NCBI GenBank assembly: GCA_965202585.1
Contig: OZ241827.1
Span: 59,024,001-59,088,000 of the forward strand
Direction: 5' to 3'
DNA: 64,000 bases
Source of the DNA: Thalia democratica
Lineage: Eukaryota
Shown here: piece by piece, positions 1 to 12,800 of the stretch
Layout of the letters: the number at the start of each line of letters is the position of its first letter
Numbering within the stretch: the first letter of the stretch is position 1
Program-made: the position numbers and the translations under genes
Notes under the pieces: generated by a model
Told to the model about the DNA's origin: nothing
The model's input: only the letters and a program-made list of their open reading frames with translations
Database searches by the model: none

Positions 1-202
1 CAAACTTATAAACGACAAATTAGATTAACTGAACTTTATAGTTGTTAAATTTATACAAGTAATTAAGTACTTAGTCATTGTAAGTTACATTTGAATACTA
101 CACAAAAACTAACAAACTCTTAATTGAAATAGTTTGTTTGCACTAGTTTTAAAACTTTTACTTTTTAGTGTGTACGAACTTTTTTAATATTTTCAACAAC
201 AG

Positions 203-3200
203 ATATCTTCCAACAATCTTGTAATAAAAAGTTTGCAGCCTGAAGACAGGGGCTTTTACACTTGTCGAGCTAAAAACAATGCTGGAATAAAATACAGTTT
301 GTCTGCAGAACTTCGTGTATTCGGTTAGATTAAGTTTAAAAAATTAATAAACTATTACTTTCATTTTATATTTTTTTCAACTTTTTTAAAGTTAAAGTTT
401 TTATATGGGTATATTCGGATTATACCGTTTTAAAGTAGTATAAAAATATTTTAAGTGATTATTAGTCATTATCGTGTTGCGTAAGTAATTACTAACAACC
501 TTAAAACTGATATATAAACATGTTGCGTGCATAGGGGAAATAATACGGGTTCATATGAGTACATTTAAGCACATTTCGCGTTTTTATAATATACCTCTGA
601 GACATGCTTGTAACTGCACAAACATATGTAAAAGCTAAGGTTTGTTTATGTAGTTCCTAATTAGTAATAATTTTTGGATACTAAGAAATTTACAGAAAAC
701 CTTTTACTTTTTTAGATGTTTTTAGTACAAACATTGTAGTTACATAACTGTTAAGCAAAAACATATTTTAAAGCCTCTTATTTTGCATTTTAAAACATTA
801 AGAGACTAGTTTAACATACTTTATATTTTACTTTTAATTTTTCTATGTATCTGTCGTTTACTTATTTTTCCTAATAAAATTGCTTGTTAACAAATATTTT
901 ATTTAGCTCACATGTAAAGTTTTTAAACTAAAAAGAAAATACTTCACAGTTCCGTGTGCTTAAACTTTTACTTCTGAAACTAATTTTCACAGTTTTTCGA
1001 TGCTCTTTTATTTTTTCAGCTACAAATAGTTTTGAGTTATGTACATTTAATTGTTTTTACAATATCTACTTTGTTATAGAGCCTCCAGTTTTCATTCAGC
1101 TACCAGCAGATAGAAATGTTAAAATTGGTGAAAGCATCACGTTGGACTGTCAAGCTGTTGGAAATCCTGATCCTTGGATCGAGTGGTACAAAGATTCAGA
1201 AGACATTAAAGATAGTGATCAGTTCGGAAAAAAGTAAGTTAACACTACGATCTATGTAGAATTTTCAGTAGTGAAAGAATATATAAAATTGCACTCAAAA
1301 ATGGTTAAATTATTTCAGTTACAACCTGATAGAAACGAAATTACAAGTGAATGTCGATAGTAATGAGCAATCAGGTATTTACACTTGCAAAGCTAAAAAC
1401 AGGGCAGGTTATGTGCAACACAATGTCCGTCTACAAGTTGATAGTTAGTTCTTATTAGTAATAGACTGTTGCTTAATTTATAATTAAAAACGAAGGCTTT
1501 TATCACTTACTTTTAGTTTTTTATGAACGTTTTTCGTAAAAAATATAAATGAAACTGTTTGTTTTTATAAAAAGTTATTATAATCAAACTATCACATAAA
1601 AAATTTATTACAACATATAAACAAATGTGGTTTTAAATGAGTTCTTTAGCTTGTTTTAGCTTATTGTATGTCTCTTTTATCTTATTAGATCAGACATTTA
1701 TTAGTTTTCAAATAAACACGTATCTTTCAATACATTTTACTTAAAGCTAAGACACGTAAAAGACATTATTGACCGCATAAATTACATAAGTACATTTAAG
1801 TAGCTAGCTTTGTGACAAAAAGTGCATAAAAAGAAAGTTTTATCTCCTTGTAATGACATTTCACAGGACTTTTGTAAAACTTTTGTGCTTGTTTTACACA
1901 GCTCACTATTTTATGAAAAAAATGTTTCGTTTAAATTCTTGTACTATGTGCGTGTTAAGTAACAAAAGAAGTATTTTTGACCTTTGCTAACAGTACAAAA
2001 CTGAGATTTATTATAGATGATGATTAATAATATCGTGCTTTAAATAGTTTAAAAAAAAAGAATAAAATTAAGGTTTAAAAATAATTAAATTTAAATTGAT
2101 AATTTAGTTTGTAAATATTACAACATTAAAATACTAAATTAAGAAACTTATATAAGCATTAGTTTTTGTAAAAAATCATGAACAATAAATTAAAAACAGT
2201 GATACTAAAAAGAAATTCATCAACAGATCAATTACAAATTGATAAGTATTCATCAAACAAAGTAGCAAAAGTTGGTGAAAATGTAACATTATTTTGTAAT
2301 CAAAGCGGAAAACTTCAATCAGTAGTTACATGGTTTGTTATTAAAGGTAAGTAAGTTTTTTTTTTCTATTATACTTACTTTTTTAAGCCTTTTCCACAAC
2401 AAATTGTAAAGTTACTAACTTTCACCACATAAAAAAAAGTAAAAAAAGTATTTATTGTATGTTTTGAGTGCTAGGTCTGTAACGTATAGAGCTGTAAACG
2501 TTTTTAGTTTTAAAGCTTTTTATTCAAGAAAGTTTTGTATATCGAAAAAATTATTAAAAAAATTAACTACGAGTAACTTTTGAACTTTTGTAAAACACCT
2601 ACTACATGAATATTTAGGAAAACTATATGCAGATTAAAAGTTAAGAAATTAACAAAATATACTTCTAAGAAAACACTTCATCATAAACTTAGTCAAATTG
2701 TTTCTATTTTAGATTCTTATATTCATAAAAAACAAGAATTCAGAGCTATACCTGATCTAAATGGAAATTTGGTAATTTCGAAAGTTGGTACTCAAGACAG
2801 TGGAACTTACAGTTGCATGATTGAAAATGGTCAGAGTAAATATATTGAACTTCAGGTAAAAGGTTAGTAAGGTCCTTTTAAAAGTCATTGAAGATTTAGT
2901 TGAAAAAAATGGCTTAAATTAAACAACAACTTAACATTAAAAAACAAAAAAACAAATGGTCTTGTTTGAAAAATTTTCAAATATATTTTATAAGTAATTG
3001 AACGGTTTTACAAACTAAGAAATAAAAGGTCTTAATTTTGATTGTTTTCGTTGTTTAAAGAAGTATTAAAACTACTGAAACAGGACCAAGCGACTTTTAC
3101 CCGCCAATAATAATAAGTAAGGTGAAGAACTCGTTTGCTACAAAAGGCGAAACAGTAGAAATATTTTGTGAATTAGGAAAAAATGACAACGCGTGGAAAA

Positions 3201-6200
3201 TTGAATGGTATTTTATAAAAGATGATCTTATTACTGTACTTGATAGCAGCCAAGAAAATTCAATTAAAATTGAAAAACTTAATTTAGCTGTCGGTGAAAA
3301 ACTTGTCATAAATACATATGAGGTAAATATAATTTACATTAGTAAAATAAATCCGAAATAAAATATTTTTATCTTGAGAAAAATGTTTTGATATAAAAAG
3401 ATATATATTTTAAATAATATATAAAATTTGAAACCATAACAAATCAACAATTTAAGATTACTTTAAGCAGAATAAGTTTTGTCTTTAAAAAAGTAGTTTT
3501 AATTCTACTAACTTTTATTCTTCGTAAAAATTTCTTAGGTATTTCTAAAACTAAATAAAATATCAGTAAGGATTTATAAAGTTGTTTTAGTTTTCTTTTC
3601 GGTCGATATTTTATTTAAATAGCTTAAAAATTTATTTACTTAGCAAATATTTTGACACTTACGTCTTTAACCACGTTTTTTACTACCGTTCACCAACAGC
3701 ATTTTATTTACACAGTCAAATTTTGACATATATCGTATAAATGTTTTTAAAATCGAGTTTAAATTGACGGCTATGCAGATAATGTAAAGCTTAAAAAGTA
3801 ACAAATACTTAAGTATCACCACTTCTTGAAATTCTGAAAGAATAATAAACTGTTATTTTATTATGCTTTTATTGTATACATTTAGGGTATAAAATAGTTT
3901 TTTAAGGCTTTCACATTCTAAAAGGTATACCCAAAAGGTTTGTGCCATTAGTGAGAAAAATGTTAAAACTTTTAATTATTATCCTTGTATATTAATTCCG
4001 GCAACTTAAAACACAACCAATAAATAGTTTTAAAAATCGAAAAACAACTTCAAGGAACTTCTTAAAGTTATTCGTTACAATCAAAATAGTAAACAAAGTT
4101 TATTACTTACTTGTAGTTTACTTATCTGTATAACTAGTATTTAAACTGCTTTTAATACGGACATTTCTGTTTAACAAAATAATTTAAATTTTTGTCTGTA
4201 TAAAGTTTTACGTTCGTTACAGAACGACAAAGCAAATATTAAAAGTCCGGATTGTATTCATAATTAAAATGATCGAAAGTAAAAATTGTTTCTAAAACAA
4301 GCTGTAAACTCTCGTTTATATCTGTTAACTGAATCATAAATAGCTTTTTTTTATCAATTTAATTTAAAAAATAATTTAACTAAACTTAGTTTATTTTTTA
4401 CAATTGTAAATTTGATTTATGAACGCGCAAAAATAAAATTTTAAAGCCACCTAAGCTTTTTTATCTAAATAACGAATACAAATTCAGTTGTTTTTTAGTT
4501 TTTGGCCTTATTAATCCAACAAAGTATTTATTAATAGGCAAGCAATTACGGAAAATACAAGTGCGAAGCATCAAACAAATATGGTTCAGATTCCATGTGT
4601 GTAACTGTAAAATTTTCAGGTAATTACCAAAAAATAGCATATATTTTTTTGATTTTGCTTCAAAACTTAAACTGATAAGCTAATGTATTATAATAATTAC
4701 TAATTTATATTTTTAGAGTCAAAAAAAGATGACAATGACGTATTAGATGCACCAGAATATTTAAATTTAGTTTCATCTGAATTAACGTCACTTCATGTCA
4801 AATGGGCTGATAACTTTAATGAAAAAAGTGATGAAGTTTTCTACGAATTATCATACTACAGGTGCGTTAATGTATTTTGCAGTTCATTAATTACTAAAAA
4901 AAATATCTTTAGATGATTAAAAGTTTTTTCATCATAAGTTTGTAATTTAATGTACTTCAGCTAATAATAAATTGGTTTAAAAAAAAACATATCTTTTTGG
5001 TTTATAATGTTTCAGGTGTTTAAATATTGCATTATTTGTAAAATTTGTATGATTAAGTTATCATAAATTTAGCTTTGTTTATGAATATAAAAAAATAAGC
5101 ATTTAACTGCAAATGTGATTATAATATAAATGTGATAACTATTATTTAAACTTTCACATAGAATAAACAGCAATAGCCATTCGTGGAAAACAATAAAAAA
5201 TATAAAAAAATTCGAATACAAAATTACTGGTTTAAAACCTTCCAGTGGCTATTATATTTTTGTTAGAAAATACAAAGAAAATATTACAACTGAACCCGTG
5301 CAAAATTATCAACCGTTTTATACAACAGGTTTAAAAATACAGCTGTTTTAAATTAACTTTAAATAACGTTTAGCTTAAAAAGCTGTAAGTAAAATTAGTT
5401 TTGAATGGGAATATTTTTTTTAGTACTACTAGTTTATTTTAAATGTCTTTAAAAAATATATAGTTTACAGAGATTAGTAACTGTCTAAAAAAACAAGTAT
5501 TTTGATTTTTCAAACAAAAATACACAATAGTTAATCACAAATAACAATCTACTTAAATCACTAGATATCACCGATTCTACAACACATTCGAACTCAGTCC
5601 TAGTCGCCATGGAAACCTTAAACATAAACGTCACCAGCATCACTCCTATTAGTGGTAACCAAGGTTACATCAGGTTGGTATCCTGGGTAACCGACAAGGA
5701 TGCGTGTAAAGTAGCTGACGGGTTTATTTTGAAAATAAGACAAATACAAGATGAAAAATATCCAACATACCGAACTGTTGCTATTCCGTGTGAACACAGG
5801 TAGTAAAATATTTACAATAAGTAAAGTACATCAAGACATGGAATTACATTTTTTGTTTCAAAATGACTATTAAAACTTTAAAGACTGAAAAAACTAACAA
5901 GTACTTGATTTTTCACTTCGTTTATTAACTGAATTAATTTTACTTTTAAAACCTTATATATAAACTATTTTTTTTAAGTTCTAAAAATTTCTTATCAAAA
6001 GTGACCATTATTTGTATACTTAAAGAAAAAACTATACTTATATATTTATATAATGAACTTATCTATGTATTTCTTTTATATGCATCAACACTACAAAAAA
6101 CAAATGGACCACCATAATAGAGTTTGGAAAGTAGTCACATTTTAACCAGCTTTTTTTATTTCACACAATTACTTTTCATCACATACAACGCACGATAATT

Positions 6201-9200
6201 TTATCAAATTTTTGACAGATCTTACAAACTTGTAAACAATATTTTAACACAAACTACTTCTTTTTATGAAGTTCATGTACATCTGTACAGAGATAAGCTA
6301 GTTTCAAAATCAAGATCTGTCGCGTTTCTATCAACAAGTAGAAATGGTAAGCTACTTTCTAAAGTGCACTTAGCTTGTATAAATCTTAATTAAGTAACTT
6401 ATACTTTTAAGCTTTTATTTTTCAGTTCAAAATCAACAACCAGTAAGCTTCACTTTAGAAAAAAATGAAAATAAAGATCAAAGCTTAATAACAATACGCT
6501 GGAAAAATTTTCAAAATGACTTTCAAAAAACCTTCAAAAACTTTGTTATCTCTATTAAAAGCAACAACAAAAAAATAAATGCACTTGTATACGCTGATGA
6601 CCAAAACGTATATGAAGGATATTACAAAGCAGAGTATTTATGCAATTTTGAGAACATTGACTTATTAAATGTGACAGTTATTCCAGTATCAAGCTTAGGA
6701 CTTGGTGTTGCTTCTAAAAAGTCTTTTAGAACAAAAAATCGTAAGTTTTGGTTTTTAAGGAGAGAAAAAGGTAACAATTATTCCACTTTTAGTGCTATAC
6801 AGCTTTAAACAGTTAACAGAAGCAATGTTTCATTAAATGTAGCTTTATAAAGTTTTAATGTCTTTTTACTTTTTAGTAAGTTTTTAAGTTTATAATTATA
6901 ATACACCTTGTTTTTTTACTTAAATTTTTTTTTTAGTGAACAACTCTACGGTAAGTGACAACAAATTTTCTGGAAATTTTGAAAAAGAGAAAACTACAAT
7001 TGTGACGTCACAAACAGATAACTTCCTAACGACACCCGTTGGCATGGCAACCATAGCAATCACATTTTTCGTCATGATTATCATTATAATAGCTAGTGTG
7101 AGCTGCTGGCTTAAGAAAAGACGAAACTCAAAAACACGTGACCGAAGCGGTAAGTTATTTGTACTATACTGAATACTAAAAAAACCTAAGCGTTATAATT
7201 TGTTATATTTTTTCATGTTACGCCTCTTCTAATTGGTGAAAAAATGCCGTGTTTGCAATAAATTCAACAGCTAACTCATTCAGTTTTAGTTCTTACACAG
7301 GTTTGTACTGTTTAATTGTTTATTTGTATTAGTCAAAACTTTACAACGAATATTTGTATTTCATGCAAAGTTTTATCGTTTGTTCTTTGTAAGACACATA
7401 CTTTATTCGTTTATAATCTGATCAAAGTAAGTTTTTCTTCTTGATAAAAAATCTAACATAAATTATCTCCAGGAAGTACAAGAAAGAACAACAAATTTGA
7501 CCACCAACCAAACTATTCTAATAATTTTAACTTTACTTTGGTAAATCGTCAAAGTGGTTGCCAAAATATAAACAGCTACAGTGAATGTAACTATTATCCT
7601 ACATCTTGCAATTCTACTGTCAACAAAAGATATATTCCAATATCTCAAGAAAGTTACAGCGACCAACCATCTGACTATACGTTAGTTTAACTTAGTCTAA
7701 AAACGTTAAGAATAAACCAAAAATGGGTTTATGTATAAAAGCTAACTACGTTCCTTTTATTTAGCTTCATTTATAGTATTAATTAATTAAGAGACAAAAT
7801 GTTTCTAAACTAGTGATTTTTAAACTGCAGTCAAAACCAAGCAGCTAATAGATTTTTCAGTAGCAACACAAACCCTCAGTTTTCTAATGATCAGCTTGTA
7901 TCACTTACTTCAAATCGTGCCCGATTTTCTCAACAAAACACTGCAAAGTTTGTGAATGAAATTTTTTTGTATGAGTTATACCTTTACTTTGTTTATAAGT
8001 AGTGTTGTGTTTTATTTTTATTAGTTTCATAAAAACTTAAACTTTAAAAATAACTATGCTACAGCATTATATTTACATAAAAGCAACTTTTTAAATATCA
8101 AAAATAAAACCTTGTAAGTAAGTGATTTTGAAGTGGAAAAAAAAACAACTGTTTTTCATTTTAAATTTAAAACAAAATTAACGAAGATAGCTACTCAAAA
8201 CTATTGTAAAACTCGATTTAATCAAAATTATATTAAAACTTTTTAGCTGTGGTATGCAGCGTATCAATTCCTTTCCTCGTGAAAATTTCCATGGCATCAC
8301 AAAAGTTAATAGACAAAATTCAACTTCTACAATTCTTTCTAACTACTCTACCCCTTCTACAAATGTCATCCAACAACGGTAAGAGTTGTTTTTGGTATCT
8401 AAACAACGATTTGTTTACTTTCAGACCGTTTACAATTAAAAATGTTCCACATACAGACAAATAAAACAATCATTTATGCCAGGCACGATTAACAACACAT
8501 GGGACCAAAACTCACTTCTTCAAGATGCAAGCAGTCACACTCTAGGTTTGTTTTTTTTTAATTTTTGTTCTTTACAAAAGTAAAGATGTATTTTTTAAAC
8601 TGAATCAAATAAGTATATCTGCTAACTTACATATGTCTAAATTGATTACAAAACGCCAAATTTAGAAAATAGAACGGTTGTTGCTCCTGTCGTCTCCTAA
8701 GGTATTTAAAATATTTAATGAAATATTTTAAAAATACAAAACTGAATTGAAAGCTGTTTTAGTTATAACGCATTTTATTGTACAAGTAGAATGTTCTAAA
8801 TATGGTATTATAATATAGTGATAACCGCTAATGATACTAAACAAAAGTTTAAACTATAAGATTTATTAAAAAAAACATCATATAGTATTTTTTGTTTTAA
8901 AAATCTAAATCAATATCTTAAACCCGACAGACTACCAATACGCGTCTTCAGGTGACGAATCTTTCGACATGCCGTCCGTATCTCAAGTAGGAACAAATCT
9001 CCCTAACAACCAAATCCTTGGAAACCAACCCACAAACTACCAACTGCCGACCGTTGATGAAGCAAACAAAAATTTCCATGACAACGACCCGTTGTTAGGT
9101 AACCGTCAGAAGAATAATAAAAGAGCTAATAAAAAAGGAAGCAAACCAATTTCTAGTGTGACTTCATACAAAAACATTACGGATGACAGCGGCATGAGCA

Positions 9201-9841
9201 CTGAAAATTCTCAAAGTTCTCCAAATTTAGAAGAAGGGGTTCAGATAATTCCTGAAATTGACGAACAGTTTGTTGCTAGGGCGGTATCACCCCAACCAAG
9301 TGCTGTTACTATGCACAGCGGCCACAACAGCACAGCTTCAAGTTGTGTTAACTTTCAAAAGTCGTCTTCAAATAATGAAAAAATTCAGCAACCCAACTTT
9401 AACTTCAATAAGAACTTTCATAAGACTCAAAAAGCTGCAAACTTTAAAAACAACTTTCAGGAAAAAATCAAAGTGAAACCTGAACTTCTTACTGGTTAGT
9501 GTTGATTGCTGAAAATTCTTGTTAAATTCGTAGCAAAAAAAATGTTTTTTTATTTGAAAAATGTAAAAGTTAAATTTTAGTAGTTTTTGCAAAGCAAATT
9601 TTTAACTTAAACAACAAAAACCGATGACGAGTTTAGAAGATTTTTTTACGCTTATTAAGTTTACAGTATAAATAATATACCCATAACAACAGAACCACCC
9701 CACTTAACTTCGTACCACACAACGCGTCATGACAACAAATCGAACTTTAACGACCCAACTACATACCCATCAAAATCCTTACCCCATTCCCATATGACTG
9801 AAGTTTCTACCTCAGATTTCTATAGTGACCTGAGTCAATGA
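203..9841 (+). CDS. Ig-superfamily/FN3 single-pass receptor (>=4 Ig, 3 FN3, TM, long S/N/T-rich tail); Robo/CDON-BOC-like architecture; 5' end lies outside the window
   Basis: Phase-consistent exons with AG/GT boundaries: 203-323, 1080-1233, 1319-1443, 2227-2346, 2713-2862, 3084-3322, 4538-4619, 4717-4861, 5162-5328, 5565-5799, 6219-6346, 6426-6740, 6937-7149, 7473-7680, 7831-7947, 8247-8378, 8457-8545, 8931-9494, 9693-9841 (3453 nt, 1150 aa plus stop). Ig motifs: DRGFYTC, LDCQAVGNPDPWIEWYKD..SGIYTC, LFC..VTW..DSGTYSC, IFC..IEW..YGKYKC. FN3 motifs: APEYL..LHVKW..GLKPSSGY, plus two more divergent repeats. TM: GMATIAITFFVMIIIIIASVSCWL followed by KKRR. No kinase or phosphatase domain. Confidence 0.88.
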
Positions 9842-12800
9842 AAACCATGTTCAAAGAACAGCAGTGCTTCTCAAAACATTAGAAATGGTTACAAAACAGT
9901 TAAATTCAAAAAATAAATTATCGGCATTATACAATATTTTTTTACGTTTAAGTTTTAAACAGTTTTTTTGTCGTATTCAACCCTTTTTGTTAGTTTTTTA
10001 GGTAATTACATTGTATAACATTATAGCAACTTTGTGTTATTTTAAGTACGGCTATGTTTGATTCAATTTCTACCAATCATCAAATTGACTGAATCAATTT
10101 TAGCATTTTAAACAACTTTTAATTAAAACCTTAGCGATTGCTTACTCAGAGTGTTATAGTTTTTGTTTTTTGTTTATGCTGCTCGTAATCTCGATTACAC
10201 ATAAAAGTTTACGCGTTTTGAAGCCTAATGTTAGTTTAGTTTTTTAAGCTGTAAAAAATACCTGATTTTTTCTAATTTTTGCACACTTTAATCGTACATT
10301 TCTTTTCTTTTCTGAAAATAGTTCTAGAATTTTTTGTTTTTATAAGTAAACAAAAAGTATATATATTTTATAATAACATTAACTATTTGCATTTTTATTA
10401 AAAGTTAAACCAATTTTACTTTAAAACTAATCTATTAAGAATACTAATGTGTATAACAATAAAAAATCAAACTTAATCATAAAAAAGTAAATTTATAATG
10501 TTTTTTGTTTTAGAATTAAAAAGCGTATATTTAATATTAAAAATATTTTTTTAGAAAGATGCATTGACCGCAATTAGTTTTTAAACAGAAAATACTCATA
10601 AATTAAAAATTGAGTTTTTATACTCATTCTAACATCAAACTCTTTTTTAAATTTGATCAACAAAGTTTAAAAACAAACCTAAAAACTAAGTCTATGTTAA
10701 AAAATGTTTTCATAAAATTTTCATCAAAATTTGTAAAGTTTTGAATTTTTAACGGAAAGAAACCTCTTTAAAATTCTTGCTATTGTTAGAATTCTGTTTT
10801 ATTATATATATTGGTTAAAATTATAAAATGTTTACCACAGTTCAACTGATAATGTATATTACGATGATGCACCTATTATTACTAACTTAATGACTGGTAG
10901 TTAAAGCTGACTCACTACAGCACTTGTAAGTTACTCCGTGAAAAAAATTGCTTGTTTTTACAACAGAAAAATCCTTCAAGAGTTGACATAAACAAAAGCA
11001 GTGGCTTGTATGACTAAAAACAAAACTGTCACACACTAAGTTGCTTGCTTAGTGAATGTATTTTTGTCAGTTTAAGAAGTTAATACAAGCTAAAATGACC
11101 TTTTAAACCGAAAGTATATGATATACCGACAGTTATTGTTTTATAACATATTTATAACGTTTTAAAATATACATTACAAGTAGTTTTAAATTTTATTTGA
11201 AATTAATGAGCAATTTTAATTTTTTGAACTTTAACCGTTAAAAGTTTAAATAAAAAATAATAACAACTATCTGAGTATGTATTTTTCGTTTTTAACTAAA
11301 AAGGCTGATACTTTGATGTCAAGAAAAATCAAACTTAAACAAAAAATACTAATAATGTATTTTTTGAATTCGCAACAACAAGCATAATTAAAGCAACTAA
11401 ATTTTTGATCTTTTTCAACTATTACAACTGTCACTGTGAGTTTAGATAAAGAACTTAAAGGTATCTTAAGTTTTGTTTATATCATACATAAAAATAAAAA
11501 ATCTACTTTACTGTTTTTTATGTTTTGATTTTTTTTAATACTAAAACTTAACTTATTGTTTTAAGTACAGTTTAAAATGACAATGAAATAACAATAATAA
11601 AACTAAGGATATTTTTTGAGCGCCCATAAACACTTTTCGCCGACACACTTAATTTATCTAATACTTACGTCAGGCTTAATTGCGCTTAAAATGCTAAATT
11701 TAATCAAGCAAATTTTAGGTAAAAATATAATAAAAATATACTTTTAAACTTAAGCTATCAAAGTTTATCTAGTGATAAAGGCACAAAAAAAACAACATCA
11801 ACTGTTTATTTACAGTATACGTTCTTAGTTTTAAGTCAGTTTATTTTAAATACTTGCATAATTAAAAAAAAAAAAAAAAGTTTTTAAACACAGTTCAATA
11901 AAAAAAAATATTTGTAAAAAAGGTTGATGCGTTTAATGCTAAACTCTGATTATAATTTTAAATTAATATTGTAATAATTACGCTTCTTTGAATTTATAAG
12001 TTAGTAAACTCGTTGATTGAAATTTAAATTCAAAAACAAGTATTATTACAAGAAAACTTTAGCTTTCTTTATTTTTTCGATTTTTTTTGCAATCCGTCAA
12101 CTTTTCTTGCTTTTTAAAACCAAAATAATTCAAGTAGATTAAACTTGTATTTTGTTAAGTCACGCTGTTAGCAATTCAATCATTTCTGAATTATTCATTA
12201 TAAAATAACTTTACGGACTATTTGAAATATATGAAAACACATGCTACATAATTAAACTTGCAAAGTTTTTTAAGAAATCTAAATAAAAATTTTACAAATA
12301 TTGATCACGTTGAATTCAGTTTTGTTCATTATATGACGTAAGTTTTAGATAGACGACTTTCAAGAAATATTTTACTACCTTTTTTTATTGCAAACAAGGT
12401 AGTTAAAAACGGTTTAGTTTTTTCTATATGTTATTTTTTATATAATCAACAAGTCCGTTTTAGCTTCCTTCATAAACTGAGCATTAATCAAATAAACTAT
12501 ATAAAGCTGTTTATAAGCTGATTTTATTAAAATTAGAAAGTATGTAAGAATATTTTACCTATACTTGAGAAAAATTGTACACAATAACAAACTATTAAAG
12601 ATAAAGTTTGCTAATTGTATTTTTTATAGTTAATTCTAAAAACAAATTAAAATACGTTAAGTATATTTATTTTAATAAACTATTTAAAACTTTTAAAGTA
12701 TAAATATTGAGTTGTATATTGTTTTTCATTTTTAAGTTCTTTTAATTTAAAGCAATTTGTTGCATATCAATTTTTTTAACCAGAAAACAATTTGCTGGTT

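Noticed and set aside
8425-8464. Acceptor at 8424 giving an early stop in the receptor tail
   Set aside because: It implies a 46-nt intron, shorter than others here; the 8456 acceptor keeps the frame open.
203-9841. Assigning the symbol ROBO, CDON or BOC
   Set aside because: The N-terminus is outside the window and no diagnostic cytoplasmic motif was recognised.
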